DNA of 64,000 nucleotides. Source: Paragordius varius. Taxonomy: Eukaryota > Animalia > Nematomorpha. The stretch is taken from contig OZ176054.1 in the NCBI GenBank assembly GCA_964247055.1, positions 6,882,001-6,946,000 of the forward strand, given 5' to 3'. Below the pieces are notes generated by a model. The model was not told the DNA's origin and did not search any database. It was given only the letters and a program-made list of their open reading frames with translations. Numbering within the stretch: the stretch's first letter is position 1; every line of letters begins with the position of its first letter. Shown piece after piece: positions 1-10,896 of the stretch. The position numbers and the translations under genes are program-made.

Positions 1-417
1 AAAAAATATTTTTTAGCGTAACAATTAATTTGTTATTCCTTTTTGACATAAAGGTAACCGGAATTACCTAGTTCTTAAGATTTAAGCAAGTTGATGGCAC
101 TAACTGTGGTTTCAATTTTTTGATAATCACCCTGAGATTATATAAACGGTCGCGGAAACATTTGATTTTTTTAAAAAAAGTATTTATTTCATTAATACAC
201 AGAATCCGTTGATTCTGATTACAAATTTCTAAACCCTGATTAAATTGTGGAGATTTGATAAATCACCAAACATTTGTCTAGCAAAATCTAGGTCTGAAAA
301 TATTGACATAAGAAGACTCCTAGTTTAAAATGAAACTGGAATGGGCCGATTTTTTGAAGAGTTAATCAGGATATAAGTTGGTTCTTACAAAATAAATTAT
401 TAAAAAAAATAAAAAAT

Positions 418-499
418 CGACGAGGATGGGATTCGAACCCACGCGGGGAAACCCCAATGGATTAGCAGTCCATCGCCTTAACCACTCGGCCACCTCGTC
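418..499 (-). tRNA. tRNA-Ser (anticodon GCT), 82 nt with long variable arm
   Basis: Reverse complement reads GACGAGGTGGCCGAGTGGTTAAGGCGATGGACTGCTAATCCATTGGGGTTTCCCCGCGTGGGTTCGAATCCCATCCTCGTCG. Acceptor stem GACGAGG/CCTCGTC, A box TGGCCGAGTGG, anticodon loop CTGCTAA, B box GGTTCGAATCC, and T-runs (Pol III terminator) immediately downstream. Confidence 0.97.
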
Positions 500-572
500 A
501 TGCCAACATGGTTGGAGATAATAATTTAATAAAGCGTAAAATGTCTACTTTGGTAAAATAAAATTTATTTAA

Positions 573-1106
573 TTAAAATGCCAATTTTTTCATTAGTAAA
601 TAAACATGATCATCAAGTTCAAATCCATGTAAATTATTTGCGTCTCCCTGTAATCGCATCAAAAGTCCACCAAATGAAACATAGGCGGACAAGCGTGAAC
701 CTGTGGATACATTATAAGAGTCAGGTGCGTATGATGTGTCATCAAACCCTTCTATTCGATAAATTTTTCCATACATGACATATTCAAAAGCATCAGCTTT
801 ACTTCCTGTCATCTTATGCATTGACAAATCAGTGTTTCTATCACCTATAATTAATTTTAATTTACCAAATGCCAAAGGGTCGTATTCACCATCATCTAAT
901 AAACCGTCTTCACGTAATGTATTTGCAATTACTAATCGAAATTTATCTCCCAGATCTATTGGGTATATTTGAGAATAAACATCTAAGATTAAATCCATTT
1001 TAAAGCTTTCGCTTTCGCAAAAGATTCGGGAAACTTTGTCAAATTTTTTGCCTTCTGGATCAATATCCTTGACATTAAAAATATCCTCGAATAAAACTCC
1101 AGACAT
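573..1106 (-). CDS. POLR2H: RNA polymerase I/II/III shared subunit RPB8 (RPABC3); probable 21-nt in-frame intron at 845-865
   Basis: ORF matches RPB8 end to end: [94 protein letters not shown] follows the stop on the minus strand (564-569). Confidence 0.97.
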   Translation of the reverse strand: MSGVLFEDIFNVKDIDPEGKKFDKVSRIFCESESFKMDLILDVYSQIYPIDLGDKFRLVIANTLREDGLLDDGEYDPLAFGKLKLIIGDRNTDLSMHKMTGSKADAFEYVMYGKIYRIEGFDDTSYAPDSYNVSTGSRLSAYVSFGGLLMRLQGDANNLHGFELDDHVYLLMKKLAF

Positions 1107-1442
1107 GCTTTATTTATGACATTATGAAAAATTGGTGGGTACAAAAATGTTTTTCGGAAATATTACATCAATTAAACCATTATTTTTTTGTAAAAATACA
1201 ACATATTAAATAATTTATAAATTGCAAAAACTTTTAGCCATATAAAATAAATTATCCAAAAGTTGTAAAAATTTATTCAGTTACTCAAAGGATGGCGTTT
1301 ATGTGTTACAAACATATAAAACCACTTTTCTTATCTCTTGAGTTCAAAGAAATTAAATGGATAATGCTAAGGTGTAACTTAACTGATTTGTTTCTGTCTA
1401 TATCATTATAACATGTCAGAAATAAATTTAATGTATTCATGT

Positions 1443-1980
1443 AACACTTATATACAACACATTCATTTCAGTCCTCCGATTCGAATTTAGGGTCTTTGAG
1501 GACCCCAGGCCTATTTAAGACAATATATAAAAATACATGGAATAAATTAAAACTATTGCAAAAGTTTGATAAAAACCAACCATTGATGCCCCGAAAATAA
1601 GTAATATTTCTTTTAAGAAGACTCGATATAATAACCATTTAATTGATAAACCTCAAGGTTAAAGTTTTTTCAATATGACATCTGTGCATAAGCTAAGTAT
1701 AAAGAAAATGCAAACCATTTTTTTTCAGTGTTAAATGTGATCCAAATAAATTAGTTTGAATTTGGCGTTAGTCAAATAAACACTATTTTGATAATGTTGT
1801 AAAATAAAAAGACGTCGATGTAATTTGTTATGAAATTTTTCTTAAAAACTAATTTTATTTATCTAAACTTATTTATATATTTTAAAATTTGAAGCTTAAA
1901 TTTAAATTAGGGCTATTCTATTCGGTAGTTAAATAATATTTTGAAAAAATGGGTTTATACCCCAATTTGAATCAAACTCT
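1443..1980 (+). mobile_element. Degenerate copy of the TTAA-flanked piggyBac-like MITE
   Basis: Begins AACACTTATATACAACACATTCATTTCAGTCCTCCGATTCGAATTTAGGG and ends ...ATACCCCAATTTGAATC, matching both ends of the intact copies at 9618, 14480 and 46934. Boundaries approximate. Confidence 0.7.
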
Positions 1981-4959
1981 TTGTAGGATAACGACTAAAT
2001 TACAATAGAGCAAAATATCAATATTAAAACTGTCATTCTTGTTTAAGGTTTGAAGTTGTATAATTTACTGTTAACAATATTATGACTAAAAATCTACACT
2101 TAAAGTGTTTATCTTTTAAGTAATGAATTATATAGGATTATTCGGAGTAACATTTCTTCTTCCTCGACTGGTAGTGTTTTTGAGAAATAGGGTACCGGCA
2201 GGAAAGAATTGCTTGCTTATCCGTGGACATCCTCAATCGGTATTAAGTGAAAGATCCATAATTTACTGGTTTTTAAGGAATATGTATTCCGCAAGCTCTA
2301 TTTAAAGGGTTTGGCAGATGCGATAAATATATTTAAATTAAAATGAAAATTTTTGTTTTTGTGTTTTGATTTTGTGGTGTGGTATGATAGGGAAGTTTGA
2401 AAATATGTTCGGCGTCTTGTACGCATTTGTGAACGCATTTGAATCGTGAACAATGTTTTTCAGCCCTAAAATTATGTCCTACTTCAGGTGAATCTCTTGG
2501 TTATAACTTATCGGCTTGATTTCGAAAATCTTTATCCTCGTCGGGGACGTTTATGTGCATACCCATATAAAACTCTGCTTTATAAAAAATATAATCACAA
2601 TTGCCTACAATATTATCGTTAATATATATATATATATATATATATATACTATAAAAGTTCAGATAAATATACTGGCGTACTACAGTGATACATTCTAAGT
2701 ACCGAAGTGGATGGAAAATAAACCAAATTTACCGATTATATATAGTGTTAAATATTTTATCCGCATCGATTTACACAAACATTTATCAAGTTAATAAATG
2801 CATGAGCTGCTGGAAAGGCGAAACCATTGAAATAAATCCTGGTAGCCTAGGAGGGTACATCTAACAAAATTAAGGAGACGGGATTAATAGAATTAATATC
2901 TATGAAATTAAAAAAAAATGTGGGCTAGCCTGTTATAATTATATATGCAAACAAATATTGAGTTGACTATGGTCATAAATTAAAACCTATATAAAAATAT
3001 TTAATATATAATTCCAACTGACGACCCAATCTCTAGTAGATCGTCCAGCTCATTTTTAAATCTAGATAAAGATAAACCACTTCTTACCATTTCGAAATGC
3101 AGATTAGTTTAAGATTGCATTCCTCTTACTGGTTAAATTGCGCCTCAATTTATCTAAATTAATAATGCCAAATTTTTAATTAAGTATAAAAGTAAACGGC
3201 AGTCTATTTAAGCGACGTTATATTGACATTCAAATAGACAGAACACATTGAAAAATTAAAAGTTGCAAAATCGTAAATCAGTTGTTTTTCGCATGAGTTT
3301 AAATCCTATCGATCCCGCCAAACGCGTTATTATTGGTATTGTGCGACCGTAGATTAAAAAGATATTATTAATAAAATCAATAATATTGAATTGATATTTC
3401 ATATGAGATTGTCTTTATATAACTGAAAATATTATAATTTATTCAGTGCATTTTGATTTGTGCTTGAAAGGTTTTACATTTTATTTAATTGTGTACATAT
3501 TAGTACATTTTTAAGACTATGCCTGGTTAAATACGAACATTAATCAATATATGCTAAATTCATTAAAAATTTAATTTGGGCCCCCAGATTTTTAAATTTT
3601 AAATAAAGGTTCTCAAAAAGGAAATCGAAGTGTTTAGATAAAGGGGTTCTGGCAGGTCGGAATTAAAAAATAGGATACGAAACTGATTGACATTAAAATA
3701 TACCTTGATAACAGCCACCTAAATACTAACTTGAAAATTATTTTATCAATCATATACGTTATATATTATAAACCTCAAACTAAAATTATACGTAGCCTAG
3801 AGAATGCTTATGGGATTCAGATTACATTAGATCTGTACCAAAAAAATTTTATTAGCAAAAGATAGAATATTTTAAATCTATATATTTATAAAAATAAAAG
3901 GAGCGGGTTTGAGTGACGTTTAAAAACGTATAAACCCATTTCATTCCAAAGTCAAAATTATTCAACGGGTTTTTGGAAAAAATATTAGTCTTTAATTTTA
4001 AGTTCAAAAGTTTCCGAAAAACGTGTTAACCCATTTATAATAATATACCTTTTTTTACTGCTTTAAGACTGCGCCGGTAGTGACTAAACTCTTATATAAT
4101 TTAGCCCCTCAGTTTAGCCCATACCTATCAAATTGGGTTTATGGAGGAATTGTTGGCTTTGAAACATGTTTCCAAAAAACGTGTGGCATAGACAGTTTCA
4201 ATAAAGATTTTTTAATTGTTTTGCAAGTGTGCAAAATGTAACTAAGCCTTTTTAGCGTGATAGTTTGAATATAATTGACGTTTGATCAATTTTTTGGAAA
4301 ATATGTAGACCCAGGAAAACTCTAAAGTGGTATTTATTATTTACAAATGCGCAGATTAAGTAAGAGTTTTTGAATTAGCCCCTCTGTGCCCCCTCCCCCC
4401 CCCCCGGTGTAAAATTGGTTTTTTCAGCAAATATTGATAAAGCACCTTATTGTAAAGGTCTATTCTGTTTCTATAAAATTTTTCAATGTGGTATCATTGT
4501 GTCTACACTGACTGAGCCCTTTTTTGAATTAGCCCCCAAGTTCCGCAACAATTGTTTGCTACACACGATTCCGAAAAACTTGTGGGTGCAATCAGCTCCT
4601 ATTATCGATTTTCTAAATGAATTTGCCAAAAAGAGACGAAGTGTTTTTACAAGTTAGGCCCCCGATTCAGCCCCGCCCATGTTTTTCACAAAAAGATTGG
4701 CGTTAAAGCAATTAGGTGTTCGCCCATAAGTTAAAATTTAAAATATTATATTCATGTAAATGCGCCGCACTGAACCATATTTTTCCCACTGTTCGACCCC
4801 GCCGCCTGAAAATGATGTTTTCTAAATTATCGACTATTAGGCATATTTTTGCAAAACATATCAAACCATATGAATTTAACAGTGATACTAATTAAACATG
4901 TAAATAAAGCTAAGCTCTAATAAATATAGTAGCTTAATAAGGGCATCATTACGCCACAA

Positions 4960-5450
4960 AAATCATCATCATTTATATGGGGATTCGCCATTAAATGACG
5001 GGACACCTGTTTTTTTCAATCATTTCTTGATCTGGCTAATTATAGATTTAAATTAGGCATTTCGAGGTCTTTTGTTAATGTGTTGAGCTATGTGGTATGG
5101 GGTCGGCCGGATTTAGTTGGTAGTTCAACCGAGTAATTTTTCGTTTTAGGAATATGGGTGTTTTACAGTGTTTCAACATGTCCAGTCCATTGTAACCGGA
5201 GATTCCTGATCCCGTTGTTGATGGGGTTGAGATTGAGTATATGATAAGGATTAGATTCGGTATAATTGAATTTAGATGAATTGTGTGCGAATAATGTTGT
5301 TTTCAGTAATTTGGAATCATTTGTTTTTGGCATCGGCCAGGATTTGGATCCGTAAGGACGGAACGAATGGCTGGTAAATGGCACACATAGTTTGTAGTTT
5401 GACGAATTCATTATCATTAACCTGGATTATAGTAGTTTTTTAACACCACT
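4960..5450 (-). mobile_element. 3' remnant of an RTE-like non-LTR retrotransposon
   Basis: Minus-strand peptide RPYGSKSWPMP...IRNLRLQWTGHV matches the LINE C-terminal motifs YGxETW and RLRWxGHV (compare RPILLYGCETWPM and RLRYFGHI in the element at 62.8-63.0 kb). It ends in an (ATG)n tail near 4965. Confidence 0.6.
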
Positions 5451-6405
5451 AAGAATAAAGAAATTTTTTTCTGTGGCAAATTAGTACGCAATTTTTATAT
5501 TGGCTCCTAAGTTTGGCTCCATCCGATGTGTATATACTGTAATTAATTTTAACCATATTAATGCATTTGTTTTTTCTTTCACTATAATATATCAAAATGT
5601 GATTTAATTCGCATGGTTGAAACTGCGTCCACTAATAGTTGGATTTATGGAACAATGCATTGGAAGGTTTATTAATATTCAAATTTAAGACATTCTTGGA
5701 AGGGTATTGTTTTAATTATTTGCAAATCATAATTTTCGATGATGTTATATATCATATATCGAATTTCAGACAAATAAAAATAATGGTTACATTTTATTTG
5801 ACTAGTATCTCAATATGTAATAGAACTTTGAAAACGCAGTATTTTAGTATTTAAATGAATATGTATTCCTGTATTCCCATCCTGATAATGGTATCCTTTT
5901 CAAACCAATCTTTCATTTGTTTTATTCCATCATTTGCCCTGTAAATGACTCATTTTTTTGTCTTACTCATTTTGGAGCTGTAATTGCTTAGAGATAATAT
6001 TGCCATTTGCTTGGATTAAAAATTCAGTTAATGTAATAATATCCCTCCTGACCTTAAAACATTGATTTATATTAAAAATAGCTAATAATCCCAGAAACTC
6101 TGAATGATAAAAATTACAAAGTTTTAATGATTAAACGTGCCTGTTTTGGTAACGATGAAACCAATTTAATCATTCTAATCATTGAACGAGTGCAGTTTGC
6201 AATTAGGAGAATAACAATGTATCTTGAATAAAAGTGATTTCCGTCCGTACGAAAGTTTTTTAGAATAAATCTTTGCTAATGTTATCTATGAGGCACTGTG
6301 TCGGGATGAAAAGTAATATTAGACGAATATAGCATCGATTGCTATTTTTAATAATTTCGCCAATTTTAATGTCAAATATTAAATTATAGTTTTATCGGTA
6401 AAAAT

Positions 6406-7244
6406 CAGAACTTGGAACCGGCTCAAAAAAAGTGGAACCGGGACCGGGTCTCCTGAACAAGTGGAACCGGAATCGCGTTGGTTCCTCATAAATTTGGCGG
6501 TTCCAGAACCGGTTTTTTACATTTAGAACCGGTTCCATTTTCGGTTCATGTCTTTTAATTAAATGATTTACAAAATTATTATTATAATAATACAACCAAA
6601 ATTAAATCAAACAATTTATTATGAATTGCCTAATGTATAGTGAGAAATATAGTGTAGCAAACAAATGAAACAAATTATAAAAATACAATAGGAAAATGTA
6701 TAAGTAAAAAGGTATAAAATGAGTGTTAGATAAGTATGGCATCTAAAAAAACTTTATTTAACTAAAAAATTATTGAACCAAGCAATTCGCTGGTCAACTG
6801 CTTCTCAAGTCTGAAAATAGAAAATTAAGGGTGAAAAATTACTTTCAACGGACACCTATATATACGAAAATATGTATTATAAATAAACTTGTATTATGTC
6901 TTAGTTTTTTTAGAAGAGCCGAGGTCCATAATTCAGAGAGTATCGCTAATATTAGCCGCTTATTTAGTTTGAATATGTTGTATTGTGTAGTGGCACAATT
7001 AAATTTAAATAATAAAATAAAATTTTTATAATAAAAATCATATGGGAACCACTAATTAAGGGGGTGGAACCGGAACCGGGTTGGTTCCTGATCGGTTAAA
7101 ACCAGAATCGGGATGGTTCCTAAAATTTTGGAATCGGTACCGGGGTGGTTCCCGGAGAAGTGGAATCGGGACCGTGTCAGTTACATCCCAATGAAACCGG
7201 TTCTTATTAAAAACCCAGGAATCGGGTTCCGGTTCCAAGCCCTG
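6406..7244. mobile_element. Non-autonomous hAT element (839 bp) with GGAACC(GG) subterminal arrays
   Basis: Ends CAGAACTTGGAACCGG... and ...CCGGTTCCAAGCCCTG form an imperfect TIR. Perfect 8-bp TSD GTAAAAAT at 6398-6405 and 7245-7252. Many GGAACC/GGTTCC motifs in both subterminal regions; non-coding middle. Confidence 0.92.
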
Positions 7245-9177
7245 GTAAAAATATGGCTACGACCAATAGGTTAACAATATTACCAACAGAATATATTGGT
7301 AAAAAAATACTATCGGCCCTATGAACATGAAGAAATGATTTTCTTTTATGGTAGATATGACCTTTATCCATAAAGATTAAATTATAATTGGGAATTATTT
7401 TAGTTTCAACGATGTCATCACTAAAAGTGAATTTTCTTCAAAAATAATCAGTAATAATTCTGTCTAACTATTACGATAATTGTAAAAAGTACCTAATATT
7501 CTAAAGCATAATGCATGCTAAAGAGTCAATTCTAAAACTTTACCATTATGGTAGGAACAAATTATACTTATTGAACCAATGTTAACATATTTGATAAACT
7601 ATAATGATAGTCAGTTGTATACTAGCAGAAGTAACCATATTCAAGGCAATATATGAACTCAACAATGTGTAAAGATGGTCGGCGAACCCGGTGCGAGAGA
7701 CACATTTAAGACTTTACTGCGAAAAAATCATCAAACAACGAAAATATATCTTGAGCTAATATGGATTCATAAAGTTTATATAAATTGATGCATTTACTAT
7801 AATATTTGTAATAACTATTTATATGTCTCTTCTCTAAACTTTTACTATTTTCCATATTAAGATCTGTAAAATAAATTTTAAATATTTTCATATAACAATA
7901 TCTAACATCTAATTTTACATTTTGAATTTTATGACGCTATGACATCTTGGGATACTCTTCTAGTTCAGAAATTATGTAGTAAACAAACTACTGTTTTGAT
8001 TTTGGTTATCAACCCTCTTCTCCTGTATTAGGGAAAAAACTTATTTTGCATTTTTCAACCATAATATTTATAATTTTACGTTTCAAAATTTTTTTATCAT
8101 GCTCCAAAAAGGCTAAAGAAAGCATGTTTTATCTGCCCCAATGCTGAAAATATTTTTTAAGATATCTCTGGGACATAAAACTACCCAAGAGGTCATTAAG
8201 TATCAAATATAAAGATATTATTTTTTATATATTATGGTTTCAGAGAAGTTTTAAATTGCTTCTACAATTAACTGCTTCTCTTGAATGACGTTTTTCCAAA
8301 AAATTTTAACCAATCTTGTGTATTTATTAGAGTAAAAATCATTGCTGCTTTTATATCTATGAAATACGCTACCAAAAATAGATTGTGTAAAACACACTTT
8401 TGGTTTGTATATTTATGTCATTCTTTCCTTTTTAAATGAGATTAATGAATTATCGTTTTTATATAACTTCAATACAGTCCCAGCTTAAGTGTAAAAATAT
8501 CCTATGATAAAACATTTGACCAATATTTTGTGGAACGAAAATCTTAAACGATATGATAGTTGAATACCGACTATTATAAAAGAAAATTTTAATATGGCCA
8601 AGTTTAAGTAATAAATATCTTGAACGTATCCAAAAACCCGTACAGGAAAATGTATCAGGATTATCATGTGCATTTGGTTTTGGCCGTTACGAGCAATTTA
8701 AGAAAGTAGTTTACATTATTGTGGTTGGTCTTATATCAGAAAATGGCAAAATTTGCCCATTCAATAGGCTTCATTATAAAAATATCACTAAAACAATCAT
8801 AAAATGCATACAAAAAGAAAAAAATAAAAAAATTTCAATTTAAGATGTGGTCTCCAAAGATCCTATTTTTTTTGCTTATAAAATGGGCAAGTTTCTTGAA
8901 ATATACGCAAAGATATTTGCTAAATTTTGATATCATAGTAAAAATTTGAAAAATGCACATTTTTCAAAAAAAAATGATTTTTTGCAAAAATTTATTGAAG
9001 CGTCCTTCATACTATTTTAAAGCATGATAGAAGCAATTTTTTATATAATTAATAATGGTGATTTTTATCAGCTCAAAATTTCGATCAAATTGTCGCTTGT
9101 CATCAAATTTATGTAAAATCAAGATTTTGTTTTTAAACAAATATTCATAAATATAAAGCAAGCAATTTTTTAATTAA

Positions 9178-10328
9178 CAGTTGGATACAACACATTCATT
9201 TTAGTCCTTCGATTCAAATTGGGGTAGTTAAATACCCCAACCTGTTTATAATTAAATTGTTAAAAAAATGTGGAAGGAATTAAAACCATGGCAAAATTTT
9301 GCACTTATATAACATTAATAAACCGAAATATATAAAAAATTTTATTCAAAAATACTTGATATTACTTATTTTAAGCTAAAACCGAAAGGTAAAAATTTAG
9401 TCAACGTGTCATCTGTGCAATGGTAAAATTGAAAAATAATACAATAAAAACATCTTTTTCTATTTCTATCAATGTTTGATGTAATTTAAATAAAAAAATT
9501 AGCTTTAATTTTACCATTAAAATTAAATGAAAGCGCTATTTTGCAAAAATATTATAAAATAAAAATGGCATCGAAGTAGTTTGACATGAAACTTTTTTTA
9601 CGCAAAATTTTATTTAACACTTGGATACAACACACTCATTTTAGTCCTTGGAATTGGGGTAGTTGGATACCCCAGGCCTGTTTAAAATTAAATACTTAAA
9701 AAAGTATGGAAGGAATCTAAACCATGGCAAAATTTTACACTTATATAACATTAATAAACCAAAATATATAAAAAAATTATTCAAAAATATTTAGTATTAC
9801 TTATTTTGAGCTAAAACCGAAAGGTAAAAATTTCGTCAACGTGACATGTGTCAAATTATAAAATTAAAGTATAATACAAAATAAACCGCCTATTCTATTT
9901 CTATCTATGTTAGATGTAATTTATATAAAAAATTAGCTTTAGTTTTACCCTTAAAATTAAGACGATATTTTGCAAAAATTTTGTAAAATAAAAATGGCGT
10001 CGAAGTAGTTTGAGATGGAACTTTTTTTTCAAAACAAAATTTTATCAAGATATTTTGGCATATTTATATAATATTTATCAGGATAGAAGCATAAATTTAA
10101 ATTGGGACCGTTTCCTTCAGTATTTTTTTAAAAATTTTAATTTAAATTTAGTCTGGGGTATTTAGATACCCCAATTTGAATCGAAGTGTTAAATATTTTA
10201 GCGTATTTTAATTTTTATTAGGATAGAAGCATAAATTTAAATTAGGACCGTTTCCTTCAGTAGTTTTTCAAAAATCCTAACTCAAATTTAGTCTTGGGTA
10301 TTTAGATACCCCAATTTGAATCGAAGAG
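9178..10328 (+). mobile_element. piggyBac-like MITE (outer copy) containing a nested copy of the same family
   Basis: TTAA at 9174-9177 precedes CAGTTGGATACAACAC; the right end ...GATACCCCAATTTGAATCGAAGAG is followed by TTAA at 10329-10332. Confidence 0.85.
9618..10188 (+). mobile_element. piggyBac-like MITE (inner copy, 571 bp)
   Basis: TTAA|CACTTGGATAC...ATCGAAGTG|TTAA, with the TTAA duplication at 9614-9617 and 10189-10192. Confidence 0.92.
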
Positions 10329-10774
10329 TTAAACCAAAGCAATCGCTAAAAAGGGTTTCATAGTGTCTTATAGCGCTTTTATACTGTTTCTATCGCGCCT
10401 AAAAATAGTATAAAGTACGCTTCAAAAATTTGTGGATAAAAAATCAATTTTTAAAGATATATGCATTTAAAAAAAAATTGTATAAGATATATTTGTATGG
10501 CGCAATCTCGGCATTTTTGCGTATATTTCAAAATAACCAGCGCATTCATGGAGCAAAAAATGGGGACTTACAGAGGCCACTCTTAAAATTGTTTGAGAAA
10601 ATTTTAAATTTTATATGTCGTCATGTATTTTAGTGTAGATTTTTTTAAACCTCGTAACAGCCAAAATTAAAACCAAGATAACCCTGATGCCTTTATCTCA
10701 GAATATATATGTTTCATTAATTTTATTTTTATACCTCCAGATTTCGGCAGTAGTGTTTTAAGAATTATCGGTGT

Positions 10775-10782
10775 TGACGTCA
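10775..10782. promoter_or_regulatory. Perfect CRE palindrome TGACGTCA about 115 bp upstream of the SYF2 ATG
   Basis: Motif seen directly; CpG-containing 8-mer at a promoter-like position in AT-rich DNA. Function is inference only. Confidence 0.3.
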
Positions 10783-10896
10783 CAGCGAATTGTGAATTAT
10801 AAAATATTTTCAAACTTTTACGACATTTTTTAATAAAGTTTAAAAGATCTAACTTTTTGAGGACGAAATGTGATCAGGTAGTTGCTTCGTTCATAC

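Larger units (their letters stand above)
8490..10730. mobile_element. Degenerate large foldback/TIR element family, hosting nested MITEs
   Basis: About 8650-8870 and 10480-10700 are imperfect inverted copies (TCAGGATTATC...TTTTGGCCGTTACGAG versus CTCGTAACAGCCAAAATT...GATAACCCTGA). The same blocks recur at 16.15-16.5 kb and 46.67-50.1 kb. Boundaries approximate. Confidence 0.55.

Noticed and set aside
1100-1125. Trans-splice acceptors just before start codons (RPB8, GTPBP1)
   Set aside because: AG dinucleotides near ATG are expected by chance, and no spliced-leader RNA gene was recognised. cDNA 5' ends are needed.
5800-6320. CR1-like RT remnant (DTVPHR on the minus strand)
   Set aside because: Only one short motif matches, with no supporting downstream motifs; too weak to call.
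6392-7238. Pro/Arg-rich ORFs 6392-6595 and 7056-7238
   Set aside because: They are translations of hAT subterminal GGAACC repeats.
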